This document shows positions 46,019 to 58,043 of a stretch of DNA of 64,000 nt, piece after piece. This DNA is from Chamaesiphon sp. (lineage in GTDB: Bacteria; Cyanobacteriota; Cyanobacteriia; Cyanobacteriales; Chamaesiphonaceae), in contig CBDFFH010000051.1 of assembly GCA_965246715.1 (NCBI GenBank), positions 1-64,000 of the forward strand, in the 5' to 3' direction. The stretch's first letter is position 1; each line of letters begins with the position of its first letter. The notes beneath the pieces were generated by a model, which worked only from the letters and a program-made list of their open reading frames with translations, was not told the DNA's origin and searched no databases. The position numbers were made by a program, and so were the translations under genes.

Positions 46019-49000
46019 ATGAATCAGTATAACGACTCAAATACGACTAGTTTCGATCGAGCTGCGCTCCTGAATCCCGAAGCAGAGATGCCCACCTCGA
46101 AGTGGAATAAACTGAGCTTCAAAACTAAGGCAACTTTGCTCGCGATCGTGCTCGGTATCACCCCAATTTTAGCAGTTGGAACGCTCGGTTATTTTCAGAT
46201 TAATGCTGCAACTGACAAGCAGATTACTAAATCCCAGAATGCTCTAGCTGAAGCTGTTGCTGATAAACTCAATCGGTTCGTCTTCGAGCGGAATGGTGAT
46301 GTGGAAACTCTAGCCGCACAGCCTGTATTTGCCGATGCTAAACTATCGGCAATCACTTCACTAGAGGATAAAACTAAACTCCTCGACCAATATGTTGTCA
46401 GCTATCAAGTATATGACAGTATTGCAATTTTCGATCTCAAAGGCGAACCACTCGTCCAAAATAAAGGGGTAGCTAGATTAAATAATCATCTCGATCGCAA
46501 GTATTTTCAAGAAGTTTTAAAAACAGGGAAAACTGTAATTTCCGAGCCAGAAATATCTAAAACTAGTGGTAAAATGGTCGTCCATTTTGCCGCACCGATT
46601 AAAGATGTAGTTAGCGGTCAGATCGTCGGTGTGATTCGGACGAGAACGCCTGTCGAGCGATTAGAAGTACCGTTGAGAGATCTTGCCACCAAGCATCAAG
46701 ACTACCATATCCTCGATCGGCGCACGAACAAAGTCTTTATCAGTTCCAATGGCGAATATGCAAATCAACTAGAAACGCCAGACATGAAGCAGGCTCGCGA
46801 GCAAGGCGGGATCGTGCATCACCTGAATAAAGTTTCCGACCACAAAGATCGGGCAAAGGTAGCTTCAGATACTAGTAAAGCTACCGAGCAAGATCATTAT
46901 GAATTATTTAGTGCCGCACCATTTAAAAAATTAGATGGGATGCAACAACTACCTTGGGAAGCAGTAGTTACTCTGGATGATGAAGAAGCATACGCCGAAC
47001 TTCAAGGACTAATGCTGACGATCTTAGCAGGGGCTGGATTGACAGCCTTATTTACGGTTGTCTTAGGTACCTTCTTTGCCGATCGCGCGGCAACCCCGCT
47101 CGTGGCCGCAGCCAAAGTAGTCGAACGCATCGGGCAAGGCGATTTTGACAGTCGCATCAATGTCACTAGTGCTGACGAAATCGGTCAATTGGGTGGCAAT
47201 ATCAACTTGATGGCGAATCAAATTCAAGGACTGTTGCACGAACAAGCCGAACGCTCGAAACGGACGGATTTATACGCTGAAATCTCGCGTGCTCGATCGT
47301 TAGAAGATCTCGAAACACCGCTATCGCACATCTTATTTGAAGCGTTAGAAATCCTCAAAGTCGATCGGGTGGTCGTCTACCGCTTTATGGCAGACAATCG
47401 CGGCTATATCGCTGGGGAAGCATTTGGTGCGGGCGGTACGAGTGCGATTAGAGAACAAATCAACGATCCTTGTATCCCAGAAGAGTTGCTGACAGCCTAC
47501 GCTCAAGGGCGCACGATTGTCAATAACAGCGTGGCGGATAATAACTATCATCCCGATCATAAAGCCTTATTAGCGAGATTGAACGTCAAATCCAATCTGA
47601 TCGTCCCGATCGTCCAAAACGGTAACTTACTCGGCTTGTTAGTCGCACATCACTGTCGCCAACCGCACGATTGGCAAGAGTGGGAAACTGCCTATCTAGC
47701 TAAATTTGCCCAACCGATCGCGACTGCCCTCAGTGGCTTCGCCATCTCCGAGCGCGGCCAACTCGATGCTACCAAACAACGGGATAAGGCAGTTCGCGAA
47801 CAGTTACTCTCGACAATCACCCGCGCTCAATCTCCCACAGATATGGAAGCACCATTATCTTTTATTCTGGAGGACGCACGGGCAAAACTCGCTGCCGATC
47901 GAGTGGTAGTATATCGGTTATTCCCCGACCTGCGGGGTCATACTATCGGTGAAGTTGTCCTCCCTGGGTTTTCCAGTGCGTTAGAGGATAAGACCGAGGA
48001 TGCCTGTATTCCCCGTGAAAGTATAGAAGCATACGCTCAGGGTCGCACGATTGCCAATAACGATTTGAGCAAGTCCAGTTATTGCACCGACCATAAGAAT
48101 TTATACAACAGACTGCAAATCAAGTCCAATCTGGTCGTACCGATCCTGCAAGGGAATAACTTACTCGGACTTTTGGCAGCCCACCACTGTGCCAATTTAC
48201 ATGAGTGGGAAGCCTGGGAAACTGAATATCTGATCGAATTTTCGCAACAGCTCGGGTTGAGTATGAGTGCTTATGCAATTACCGAGCGGAGTCAATACGA
48301 AGCCGAATTAGCTCGCGAACGCGCTGAAGTTTCCCGCAAAGAAAACGAAAACCGCCAACAAGAACTGTTCAGATTGTTAACTGAAATTGAAGGCGCATCC
48401 GACGGTGACTTGACCGTGCGATCGGAAATCAGCGATGGGGAAATCGCGATCGTCGGTGACTTCTTTAACTCGATTATCGAAAGTCTGCGCGATATCGTTA
48501 CCAATGTAAAACAAGCTGCAACCCAGGTAAACGGCTCCGTTGGTGACAATGAAGCAGAAATCCGCCTGCTGACTTCTGCGGCAACCAAACAAGCCGACCA
48601 AATCCAAGAGACATTAGCCAAAATCGAGACAGTAACTGCCTCGATCCAATCGGTGGCACAGGATGCACGGCAAGCTGCAACTGTTGCAACGTCGGCTGCT
48701 TCGAGCGCTGAAGACGGTGGTAAAGCGATGGAGCGGACAGTAAATAGTATCGGCCAACTGCGCGAAACGATCGCCGAAACAGCCAAGAAAGTTAAACGTC
48801 TGGGTGAGTCGTCCCAACAGATTTCTAAAGTCAGCCGCTTGATCGAACAAATCGCCCTCCAAACCAACCTGCTCGCCATCAACGCCAGTATCGAAGCAGC
48901 ACGGGCGGGTGAAGAAGGACGCGGTTTCGCAGTCGTAGCCGAAGAAGTCGGCCAACTCGCCGCGCAATCTGCCGCAGCAACCAAGGAAATCGAAAAAATC

Positions 49001-49354
49001 GTTGAAACCATTCAACGCGAAACTAGCGCGGTCGCTCAAGCAATGGAACTGAGTACCTCTCAGGTAGTCGAAGGTACCCAATCCGTCGAGCAAACCAAGA
49101 CCAGTCTCAAACAGATTATCGAACTCTCCAATCAAATGGATGTCTTCCTACAATCGATCTCGACAGCGACCATCGATCAGGTAGCTACTTCCCAAGCAGT
49201 GAAACTAGATATGGCCGCAGTCGCGCGGATTTCGGAACAAACTTCCGACTCCTCCAAGCAAGTATCGACCTCACTCCAACAAACGGTAACTATCGCTCAG
49301 GAACTGCAAGCTTCGGTAGGTAAGTTTAGAGTCGATGCTGCCGATCGGAATTAG
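46019..49354 (+). CDS. MCP photoreceptor: Cache-TM-HAMP-2 CBCR GAF-MA (PixJ-like)
   Basis: Two GAFs (DRVVVYR...DxCIP...KSNL.VP) and [27 protein letters not shown]. Confidence 0.92.
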   Translation: MNQYNDSNTTSFDRAALLNPEAEMPTSKWNKLSFKTKATLLAIVLGITPILAVGTLGYFQINAATDKQITKSQNALAEAVADKLNRFVFERNGDVETLAAQPVFADAKLSAITSLEDKTKLLDQYVVSYQVYDSIAIFDLKGEPLVQNKGVARLNNHLDRKYFQEVLKTGKTVISEPEISKTSGKMVVHFAAPIKDVVSGQIVGVIRTRTPVERLEVPLRDLATKHQDYHILDRRTNKVFISSNGEYANQLETPDMKQAREQGGIVHHLNKVSDHKDRAKVASDTSKATEQDHYELFSAAPFKKLDGMQQLPWEAVVTLDDEEAYAELQGLMLTILAGAGLTALFTVVLGTFFADRAATPLVAAAKVVERIGQGDFDSRINVTSADEIGQLGGNINLMANQIQGLLHEQAERSKRTDLYAEISRARSLEDLETPLSHILFEALEILKVDRVVVYRFMADNRGYIAGEAFGAGGTSAIREQINDPCIPEELLTAYAQGRTIVNNSVADNNYHPDHKALLARLNVKSNLIVPIVQNGNLLGLLVAHHCRQPHDWQEWETAYLAKFAQPIATALSGFAISERGQLDATKQRDKAVREQLLSTITRAQSPTDMEAPLSFILEDARAKLAADRVVVYRLFPDLRGHTIGEVVLPGFSSALEDKTEDACIPRESIEAYAQGRTIANNDLSKSSYCTDHKNLYNRLQIKSNLVVPILQGNNLLGLLAAHHCANLHEWEAWETEYLIEFSQQLGLSMSAYAITERSQYEAELARERAEVSRKENENRQQELFRLLTEIEGASDGDLTVRSEISDGEIAIVGDFFNSIIESLRDIVTNVKQAATQVNGSVGDNEAEIRLLTSAATKQADQIQETLAKIETVTASIQSVAQDARQAATVATSAASSAEDGGKAMERTVNSIGQLRETIAETAKKVKRLGESSQQISKVSRLIEQIALQTNLLAINASIEAARAGEEGRGFAVVAEEVGQLAAQSAAATKEIEKIVETIQRETSAVAQAMELSTSQVVEGTQSVEQTKTSLKQIIELSNQMDVFLQSISTATIDQVATSQAVKLDMAAVARISEQTSDSSKQVSTSLQQTVTIAQELQASVGKFRVDAADRN

Positions 49355-49506
49355 GCTTTAGGCTTTAGGCTTTAGGGTTCTGTTAGACGCAAGCGTCTTC
49401 AATCCTAAAGTCAAGTCCTAGAGCTTAGATCCAAAGTCTAAACACTAAAATTAAAATTGCCTACTCCCTAGTTCCTAAAGCCTAAAGTCTAAAACCTAAA
49501 GCCTAA
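49351..49506. repeat. Inverted heptamer tandem repeats (STRR-like)
   Basis: (ttaggct)x3 facing (cctaaag)n. Confidence 0.7.
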
Positions 49507-52500
49507 ATGATTACCTCAGATCAAGAACAACAAGTCAAACTCCAATTTTTGGAAGAAGCGACGGATTATTTAGACGCGATCGAATCGGGACTGCTGGGAC
49601 TGGGTGCTGGTGCAGTGACAGACAAGCAGTTGGACGCACTCCTGCGCGCGGCACACTCGATCAAGGGTGGTGCGGCGATGATGGGATTTACTACCTTAGC
49701 TAGTTTGGGTCACCATCTGGAGGATTATTTTAAAATTATCCAGTACGGTAGAGCCGACAAGCCCGATGCCCAGGTCGAGCAACTATTATTAGGTACGGTC
49801 GATTGTTTGCGGCAAATTGTCGCCTTCAATCGCCAAGGTCGCGATGCCGATGAGGCTTGGCTAACAGAGCGGGTCAATCCGTTATTCGATCGATTGCGCG
49901 CTCGCTTAGGCGAGTTCAATCCTGAAGATGAAGCCAATATGTTGGCTTCAGAATCTGGTGAAGATATTCACGCCTTTATCTTTGAAACTGAAGTCGAACG
50001 CTGTCTGACTGACTTAGAAACGATGGTGGCCAGCGGTGAAAATACCAATAGTTTGTATGATGAGCTGATCGTTGGTGCTGAGGAATTATGTGGTCTGGCT
50101 CAAATGCTGGAGTTACCGCCACTAGTGAGCTTGTGCGAATCGGTCTTAGCACATTTGACTACGCAACCGCATCAAATTAGAGCGATTGCCGCACTGGCAC
50201 TTACAGCCTGGCGACGCACTCAGGCAATGGTACTAATCGGTCAAATTGCCAATCTCCCGATCGAGATCGAACTACCGGGATCTGGCATCATGTCGATGGC
50301 CGAGGCAAATGCCCTACCAGCATGGAGCAATCTCGACCTCGATCGCAATGATGCCGCTCCCACATTCGATCGGCGGGATGCGAATGACTTTGTACTTGTC
50401 GGTGATGTCGATCTCTACGAACAGCACCCGACAATTAACGATTTAAGTGACGAAGAGTTCAATATTGACTATGCACCGTTTGGTGAAAATGTCAGCGCCA
50501 ACGATTTTGGTGCTTTTGAAGATCCATTTGCCGATATTGGTGCTACCGTACCGCAATCTTTCTCGACAATTACGGCTAGTGATGAGTTAGAGGCATTATC
50601 GACGCTCGTCGATCGAGATGAGACGGACGAGATTCACTTTCAAACTACGATTGCCAATGAGATTCATTTCCAAACCACCATTGCCGATGACGGGGGTGAA
50701 ACCCTCAGTCCGATCGATTCGATCCACCTCCAGACGACGATCTCACCCACCGAAGAAGGTGACATCATCAATGCGTTCGATCGATTGGATCTCAGCGGCG
50801 ATCTGTCGCTCGATCTCGATACCGATGCCTCAGCACTGCTATCCGATCTATCTGGCTTCCTGCCGGGGCCAGAAGATGGCTCCTCGGCGATCTTTAAGGT
50901 TAACCCCACAACCAAGGCTGAAGATTATCTAGCCAAAGAAGCTGCCGATCTGCTGACAGCCCTCGATGCTGCGCCCGAAGTCTCAGCTGAATCAGTCGTC
51001 CATCGCGAACATAATCATGCCGAGCGTCCGCAAGCTGGTACTTCAGTTGCCGACCAAACGATTCGCGTCGCGACCAAACAATTAGAACAGATTGGGGATT
51101 TATTTGGTGAATTGACGATCGATCGTAATGGCTTGAATCTCCATCTCCAAGGACTGCGCCAGTTAGTCACTGGTCTCCACCTCAAGGTTCAACAATTAGA
51201 ACAATCTAACTCGCGACTGCGGGCGGTTTATGACAGTACTGCTGGGGAAGGACGACAATCGCTCCCTGAAACCGAAACTTGGGAGCAGACACACAACACC
51301 TTATCTCAACAATTTACCAGCCAACTCGATCTGCTCGAATTCGATCGCTATAGCGAAACGCACCTCCTCTCGCAGGAAGTGATGGATACGATCGTCCAAA
51401 TCGAAGAGATCGCCACCGACCTCGACCTCCAACTCAACGATACCGAACGCACCACCCGCGACCTCAATCGGACTGCCAAGCAACTCCAGACAGGCCTGAC
51501 TCAAGTCCGGATGCGCCCGATCTCCGAACTCTTCAATCGATTCCCCAGAGCGATTCGGAACCTGTCCGTCCAACACGCCAAACCGATCGATCTCAAGCTC
51601 CGAGGCGGCGATACCCCGATCGAGCGGAGCACGCTCGAAGCGCTCAACGATCCGTTGATGCACTTGCTGCGGAACGCCTTCGACCACGGGATCGAACCAA
51701 GTGCCACCCGTCGTGCTAATGGTAAATCTGGCACGGGCACGATCGAAATCGTCGCTAGTTATCGGGGCAACCAAATTGTGATTACCATTAAAGATGATGG
51801 TGGTGGCATCGACCTCGATAAAATCCGTGCCAAAGTTCGGAAAATGGGTATCAGCGAGGCCGAAGTCGCTAAATTTAAAGATAACGAACTGATCGATCTG
51901 ATTTTTGAGCCGGGATTTAGTACTGCCGATAAGCTCACCGATCTCTCTGGACGCGGTGTGGGAATGGATGTGGTTCGCACCAATATTCGCTCTTTGCATG
52001 GCGATATTTATGTCGATACCGAATTGGGCAAAGGGAGTACGTTTACTATTAATGTCCCCTTTGCGCTTTCCGTCATTCGCGTCCTGATCGTCGAGGTCAA
52101 TGGCTTGTGGTTGGCAATTCCTAGCAATATCGTCGAAGAAATTCTCCTCCTCGATCCTGCTCAAATTATCAATACTGCTGGACAGAAATTGCTACAGTGG
52201 GCAGATCTGACAATGCATCTGATCGAGCCAGCTCGATACCTCGCATTCTCTCATACCAGTCCTCAACTTACTACCAACACACAACCGACGATCGATTGTC
52301 CGACCGTATTAACCATCGATCGAGGACAAGATATCGTCGCCTTCCAAATTGATAAATTCTGGGGCGAGCAAGAAGTCACGATCCGCCAGCCTCAAGGCAA
52401 TATTAAAATGCCGCCCGGATTTACTGGTTGTACGATCCTCGGCGACGGTCGGATCGTCCCATTATTAGACGCGATCGAGTTTATTCGCTGGATCGATGGC

Positions 52501-52998
52501 GATTTAGCAACTTCTTCTAGCACGATGTCAACTACATTCGCTGCAATCGAAACCGCTGCTCCGTCGGCCGAGCAGCTGAGTGGAACGAGAATCTTGCCTA
52601 ACTCTACTACTCCAGCCGCTCCTACTCAAAGATCGCGGATCCTCGTTGTTGACGACTCCATCAACGTCCGGCGCTTTGTCGCCCTTACCCTCGAAAAAGC
52701 TGGATATCTAGTCGAGCAAGCCAAAGACGGTCAAGAAGCCGTCGAAAAGCTCCAAACCGGTCTCTCCGTTCAAGCCGTAGTCTGCGATATCGAAATGCCT
52801 CGGATGGACGGTTATGGCTTCTTGGCTACTGTCAAAGGTCAGTCTCAGTTCAAACATATTCCCGTGCTGATGCTCACCTCGCGCAGTGGCGAGAAACACC
52901 GCAAAATCGCCATGAATCTCGGTGCGAATGCTTACTTCTCCAAACCATTTAAGGAACAAGAGTTACTTGCTACCTTGACACAATTTCTGGAGAAATAG
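49507..52998 (+). CDS. CheA-like hybrid kinase with C-terminal REC (PixL-like)
   Basis: AHSIKGG, HLLRNAFDHG, SGRGVGMDVV, CheW and REC domains. Confidence 0.95.
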   Translation: MITSDQEQQVKLQFLEEATDYLDAIESGLLGLGAGAVTDKQLDALLRAAHSIKGGAAMMGFTTLASLGHHLEDYFKIIQYGRADKPDAQVEQLLLGTVDCLRQIVAFNRQGRDADEAWLTERVNPLFDRLRARLGEFNPEDEANMLASESGEDIHAFIFETEVERCLTDLETMVASGENTNSLYDELIVGAEELCGLAQMLELPPLVSLCESVLAHLTTQPHQIRAIAALALTAWRRTQAMVLIGQIANLPIEIELPGSGIMSMAEANALPAWSNLDLDRNDAAPTFDRRDANDFVLVGDVDLYEQHPTINDLSDEEFNIDYAPFGENVSANDFGAFEDPFADIGATVPQSFSTITASDELEALSTLVDRDETDEIHFQTTIANEIHFQTTIADDGGETLSPIDSIHLQTTISPTEEGDIINAFDRLDLSGDLSLDLDTDASALLSDLSGFLPGPEDGSSAIFKVNPTTKAEDYLAKEAADLLTALDAAPEVSAESVVHREHNHAERPQAGTSVADQTIRVATKQLEQIGDLFGELTIDRNGLNLHLQGLRQLVTGLHLKVQQLEQSNSRLRAVYDSTAGEGRQSLPETETWEQTHNTLSQQFTSQLDLLEFDRYSETHLLSQEVMDTIVQIEEIATDLDLQLNDTERTTRDLNRTAKQLQTGLTQVRMRPISELFNRFPRAIRNLSVQHAKPIDLKLRGGDTPIERSTLEALNDPLMHLLRNAFDHGIEPSATRRANGKSGTGTIEIVASYRGNQIVITIKDDGGGIDLDKIRAKVRKMGISEAEVAKFKDNELIDLIFEPGFSTADKLTDLSGRGVGMDVVRTNIRSLHGDIYVDTELGKGSTFTINVPFALSVIRVLIVEVNGLWLAIPSNIVEEILLLDPAQIINTAGQKLLQWADLTMHLIEPARYLAFSHTSPQLTTNTQPTIDCPTVLTIDRGQDIVAFQIDKFWGEQEVTIRQPQGNIKMPPGFTGCTILGDGRIVPLLDAIEFIRWIDGDLATSSSTMSTTFAAIETAAPSAEQLSGTRILPNSTTPAAPTQRSRILVVDDSINVRRFVALTLEKAGYLVEQAKDGQEAVEKLQTGLSVQAVVCDIEMPRMDGYGFLATVKGQSQFKHIPVLMLTSRSGEKHRKIAMNLGANAYFSKPFKEQELLATLTQFLEK

Positions 52999-53103
52999 GA
53001 TCGGGAATCGTGAACGTTGGTGAATTGGGTATTGCTGAATTGATGTCCGACTATCCATAATCCACAATCCACAATGGTATTACTGTCAAAATGCAAACAA
53101 AAA

Positions 53104-53128
53104 TGGCTGGTAAGTTACTTACCAGCCC
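53104..53128 (-). terminator. Terminator-like hairpin
   Basis: ggctggtaagt-t-acttaccagcc inverted repeat with a T-run on the minus strand. Confidence 0.55.
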
Positions 53129-53578
53129 ATGAAAGCTTAAACCCCGATTTCCCTTAGTAATGGTGAATTTACAGTGACACAAGCATTACTAAAAAAGAAT
53201 TATTAAAATTCGTATTGCTATACTTAAAAAATTTAAAGTAGCGCTCTGAATCTATGTATCTAATTTACACGGTTAAATCGATAGGTACATCAGCCATTTC
53301 ATGTAAATCACTCACCCGATCGCTAACCCAAAGATTGAGAAGTCGTGAATTGATTTTGGCTCATACTCTACAGCTCGATCGCCTCAGAATACTATCTGAT
53401 GAGAGAGATTGAATTCAGGTGTAAGTGTACCAACTATCTAGTAGATTTGGCTCAGACATCCGCAAATAGGCACAGATTTAGAGGTAGGCAACTCTTACCT
53501 AACTCGATGCGCGATCTCAGACAGCGCTTGCGATCAGTAATTTTTAATCCGAACGGATTCTAGCTAAGCTACTAAAAA

Positions 53579-54964
53579 TCAAGCTGACTCTGGTTTCGGC
53601 ACTGAAGCAGGGTGAATGAGTAATTCTGCTGTCGATCGTTTCTCGACCATTTCGCGGGTGATGATACAACGGGTCAAATCTTTGCGTGAGGGCAACTCAT
53701 ACATCACATCGAGCATTAGTTCCTCAACGATGCCCCGTAAGGCTCTGGCTCCAGTTTTGCGGCGGTGAGCTTCTTTTGCGATCGCCCGGATGGCATCGGG
53801 ATGAAACTCTAACGCAACATTATCCATATGTAGCAGCTTTTCATACTGCTTGACAAGCGCACTACGCGGCTCGGTCAAGATTGACACCAGGGTATTTTCG
53901 TCTAGTGGATTGAGCGTCGCGATCACTGGCACACGTCCGATGAATTCGGGAATTAGCCCATATCGCACCAAATCTTCAGGTTCGAGATGTTTCATCATAT
54001 CGGCAGCACGTTGTTCGCGGGTGAGGTTCTCGCCCTGCTGGATGAAGCCCATCGACTTTTTGCCTAGTCGCTGTTCGACGATCTTGTCTAGTCCGACAAA
54101 TGCCCCACCACAGATAAACATAATGTTGCTGGTATCGATTTGAATACAGTCCTGATAGGGGTGCTTTCTACCGCCTTGGGGGGGAACGCTAGCGATGGTG
54201 CCTTCAAGCATCTTTAGCAAGGCTTGTTGCACGCCTTCCCCTGAGACATCACGGGTGATTGAGGGATTTTCACTTTTACGGGCGATTTTATCGATTTCAT
54301 CGATATAGATGATGCCGCGCTGAGCTTCTTCGACATCTAAGTCGGCAACTTGCAGTAGTCGCAGCAGAATATTTTCGACATCTTCGCCGACATAACCTGC
54401 CTCGGTGAGGGTGGTTGCATCCGCAACCGCAAAGGGCACATCCAGAACTTTTGCGAGGGTTTGAGCCAGCATGGTTTTGCCGCAACCAGTCGGCCCGATT
54501 AAGAGAATGTTCGATTTTTGGAGTTCGACACCATCATCGGAGGCATTGGCTTTGTGGATGCCATTGACACCCGTGGGTGGGGTAGCGGGTGGATTGCTGC
54601 CTTTGGCTTGAGCATAGCTCAACCGCTTGTAGTGGTTATAGACCGATACCGAGAGCACTTTCTTGGCTTCATCTTGACCGATAACGTGTTCGTCGAGATA
54701 CTTTTTCAACTCGCGCGGTTTGGGCATCTGACTCAGATTCATCGGTACGGCTTCGCGCCGTTTGCGCGGTGGCTCCGTTTTGGCCGGAGGATGCGGCATC
54801 GGGCCATTCGGGTCTAGCAATTCTTCGTCAAGGATTTCATTACATAGTTCGACACATTCATCACAAATATAAACCCCCGGCCCAGCAATCAACTTGCGGA
54901 CTTGTTCCTGTGATTTGCCACAAAAAGAACACTTGAGATGGGAGTCATATTTGGTGGTTGACAT
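53579..54964 (-). CDS. clpX: ATP-dependent Clp protease ATPase subunit
   Basis: CSFCGK zinc finger, [14 protein letters not shown]. Confidence 0.98.
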   Translation of the reverse strand: MSTTKYDSHLKCSFCGKSQEQVRKLIAGPGVYICDECVELCNEILDEELLDPNGPMPHPPAKTEPPRKRREAVPMNLSQMPKPRELKKYLDEHVIGQDEAKKVLSVSVYNHYKRLSYAQAKGSNPPATPPTGVNGIHKANASDDGVELQKSNILLIGPTGCGKTMLAQTLAKVLDVPFAVADATTLTEAGYVGEDVENILLRLLQVADLDVEEAQRGIIYIDEIDKIARKSENPSITRDVSGEGVQQALLKMLEGTIASVPPQGGRKHPYQDCIQIDTSNIMFICGGAFVGLDKIVEQRLGKKSMGFIQQGENLTREQRAADMMKHLEPEDLVRYGLIPEFIGRVPVIATLNPLDENTLVSILTEPRSALVKQYEKLLHMDNVALEFHPDAIRAIAKEAHRRKTGARALRGIVEELMLDVMYELPSRKDLTRCIITREMVEKRSTAELLIHPASVPKPESA

Positions 54965-55352
54965 ATTATTAAGGAATGTGCTTCGTGAAGCAAGAAATAT
55001 AGGTGGGATGTGTAAATCAGATCTTTGAACAACGCGATCGAGAAGGTAACTATTGTTTGTTAGTTATGAACTCGCTATTTGATGCGATCGCGCTAACGGT
55101 TCAGAGTGCTCCGAAATCGCCGAGCGATCGAGTCCAAATTAGCTTGGAGTTGCCAGCCGCAAGCTAATTCGCTGTCAGTACGATCTCGTACCGATCGATC
55201 TTAGATTCGCTGCCAGGTTAGCTCACGCTGCAACTTTAGTCAATACCGATCGCCATTCAAACAGCTTACTGACAACACCTCAGCTGAGGTGTGGAACGGA
55301 TCGGTTGTCAACCTTGGCGCAAAGCACCATCACGATTACCGCACAGGGCGAG

Positions 55353-55997
55353 TTACCGCTGGACGATCCGATCGATCAGACCATATGCTTGCGTTTCCTC
55401 AGGCGACATCCAAAAATCCCGCTCGGTATCTTCAGCTATTTTCGCTAAAGGTTGTCCGGTATGCTCTGCCAGCAATCCGTTGAGACGATTTTTTAGATAC
55501 AAAATTTCCCGAGCTTGAATCTCGATATCCACAGCTTGTCCTTGAGCGCCACCGAGCGGTTGGTGGATCATGATCCGCGAATTGGGCAAGGACATCCGTT
55601 TGCCTGGTGCGCCGCTCGCGAGTAAAAATGCCCCCATGCTCGCTGCCAAACCGTAACAAATCGTTACAACATCGGGACGAATTTGTTGCATTGTATCGTA
55701 GATTGCCATCCCTGCTGTAATCGATCCACCAGGAGAATTGATATATAGCTGGATGTCTTTTTCAGGATCTTCTGCTTCGAGAAATAACATTTGGGCACTC
55801 AATGTGCTCGCCATATTATCATTTACATCAGTACCCAAGAAAATAATTCGTTCGCGTAATAATCGCGAATAAATATCGAATGCTCGTTCGCCAACTCCAG
55901 ACTGCTCTACTACCATCGGCACCACGTTGGCACCTGCATAAATTTCGCTCTGATTGTAACTGGCGATCGACCCGTGAGTAGATTTCGATACAAACAT
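55353..55997 (-). CDS. clpP: Clp protease proteolytic subunit
   Basis: [24 protein letters not shown]. Confidence 0.97.
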   Translation of the reverse strand: MFVSKSTHGSIASYNQSEIYAGANVVPMVVEQSGVGERAFDIYSRLLRERIIFLGTDVNDNMASTLSAQMLFLEAEDPEKDIQLYINSPGGSITAGMAIYDTMQQIRPDVVTICYGLAASMGAFLLASGAPGKRMSLPNSRIMIHQPLGGAQGQAVDIEIQAREILYLKNRLNGLLAEHTGQPLAKIAEDTERDFWMSPEETQAYGLIDRIVQR

Positions 55998-56212
55998 AAT
56001 CCTATTGGCAATATAACTGCGAACTAATATTTTTTTAAGAGTCGAGCACCGATTTACTCGATATTAACTGAATTATACCAATCTCTACTCACTCTGAGCG
56101 ATTTAGCGTGGAACTTCGCGGGTACGGATGTTACGGTAAGACCGCAATCGACCCGCTCGATTCACCCAAGAAATTGGCATCTCCTGTTTGTGGGAAGAGA
56201 TGCCAATCAGTT

Positions 56213-57604
56213 TTACTCAGCGACTGCTTCTGCTAGGATATCGATCGCTTCTGATTCGCCATCGATGTCATCTTCGGCATCTTTATCGTCTGCGGATTTG
56301 AGCGAACCTTCAAGTACTAATTCGATCTGGGCGCGTTCCTTGAGCCATTCTAAAGTTTTTTCCTTGCGGAGATCTTCAGTAATGAAACTATGGAGGCGAT
56401 TTTCATCGATATCTTGTCCGGCTAACTGCGGTAAAATTTCGGACATCTTCGCGGCGATATCTTCATCGGAGACACTAATGTTCTCTTTTTTGGCAATTTC
56501 TTCGATCGCGAGCTGCTGTTTGAGATTGTTAATTGCGTCAGGACGACAATTTTCCTTCATCTTCGGAATTGTTTCGCGGGTGAACAACTTATTGACATCC
56601 ATCCCATATTGGCTGAATTGATTGGCCATCTGGTTGAGGATATTCATCGTCTCGCGTTCGATCAGCGTTTCGGGTAAATCTACCGTCGCGACATCGATTA
56701 AGGCTTGTTCGATTGCGGTGGTGATATTCTGGTCGGTAGATTTTTTAGCTTGGTCTTGGAACTTGGTGACGAGAGATTCGCGGAATTCGGCGAGCGTATC
56801 GAAATCGCTTGCTTCCTTAGCAAAATCGTCGTCTAGCTCGGGTAACTCTTGCGCTTTGAGATCTTTGAGCACGACGTGAAACAATGCAGGCGCAGCAGCT
56901 AAATCTTCGCGGGGATAATCGGCGGGAAACACGACATCAACGTCCCGCGTATCGCCGATATTCATCCCGACAATCCCATTGACAAGATCGGCGATAAATT
57001 TCCCTTCAGAGAGTTCGATATCAAAATCATCGGCTTGAGCGCCACCGATTTCGGTACCATCTGCGAGCTTGCCACTATAGTCAACGACAGCAATATCATC
57101 TATCTGCGCGGCACGTCCCACAACTGGCACTGTCGTCGCCTTCTCGCGCTGCCGTTCTGCGATAAACCCATCGACTAGCGCCGGATCGTAGACGATTTCT
57201 TCAGCTTTAACAGCTAGTCCCGTATAAGTACCGAGTTCGACGGCTGGCGGTACATCTACCGCTGCCTTGAAGATTAATGTTTGTCCGGGGACATAGCTTT
57301 GGAGCAACTCTTCAAAATCGGAAGTAATTTGGTAGTTACCGATAGCTGGCACTTCAGCTTGTTTGATGGCCTCGTTCATTGCTGGTTCGAGCAATGCATC
57401 GAGGGCTGTTGCCTTGATTTGGGTTTGTCCCACCCGTTGTAAGATTACTTGCCGAGGAATTTTCCCTTTACGGAACCCAGGAATATTGGCATTGGTACTG
57501 AGCTTTTTAATTGCCTGTTCGTAATATTTAGTCGTTTGGTCTCCTGTAACTTCAATCTGCAAACCAATACGGCTTTGTTCGAGTTTTTCCTGGGTAACTT
57601 TCAT
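56213..57604 (-). CDS. tig: Trigger factor
   Basis: IPGFRKGK; tig-clpP-clpX synteny. Confidence 0.96.
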   Translation of the reverse strand: MKVTQEKLEQSRIGLQIEVTGDQTTKYYEQAIKKLSTNANIPGFRKGKIPRQVILQRVGQTQIKATALDALLEPAMNEAIKQAEVPAIGNYQITSDFEELLQSYVPGQTLIFKAAVDVPPAVELGTYTGLAVKAEEIVYDPALVDGFIAERQREKATTVPVVGRAAQIDDIAVVDYSGKLADGTEIGGAQADDFDIELSEGKFIADLVNGIVGMNIGDTRDVDVVFPADYPREDLAAAPALFHVVLKDLKAQELPELDDDFAKEASDFDTLAEFRESLVTKFQDQAKKSTDQNITTAIEQALIDVATVDLPETLIERETMNILNQMANQFSQYGMDVNKLFTRETIPKMKENCRPDAINNLKQQLAIEEIAKKENISVSDEDIAAKMSEILPQLAGQDIDENRLHSFITEDLRKEKTLEWLKERAQIELVLEGSLKSADDKDAEDDIDGESEAIDILAEAVAE

Positions 57605-58043
57605 GGTGTCTATATCTAACAACAGTCAATGATGATGGGGATTGGTCTGGAAGATCGCGTAGTTATGATATGCTAAATCTAGAGCCAGTGAGATTATTTC
57701 AATCGCGCGCGGTTTGACTTGGCGCATCGCAAGTCTACTACTTTGGCAGACACACTATAGCCACATTTTCTAATGGAATGCGAAGTTTATCTGCACGATT
57801 TACCTAATAGATCATAGTACATTGCCGTTCGGTATTTGGTATTTAGTTAAGATAGTTGACTCGATCCCACTCGAACTGGTTCTCAGATGGCATTATTTAG
57901 ATAGTCATTTAGATTTAGTTTAGCTAGAGTATTTGTTAAAATCTGGATCTCGTTGCTCTTCCAGAGCGGCTACGCCAAAGGGATGCTAGACTGTCGATCG
58001 GCAAACATAAGATCGACACATTGTTGTTATCACCCAATTTTCA

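Noticed and set aside
48292..49135. Long antisense ORFs in the MCP (also 51301-52164 and 61962-62573)
   Set aside because: Shadow frames of conserved genes.
53255..53269. NtcA box (tgtatctaatttaca)
   Set aside because: Spacing is GTA-N7-TAC rather than N8.
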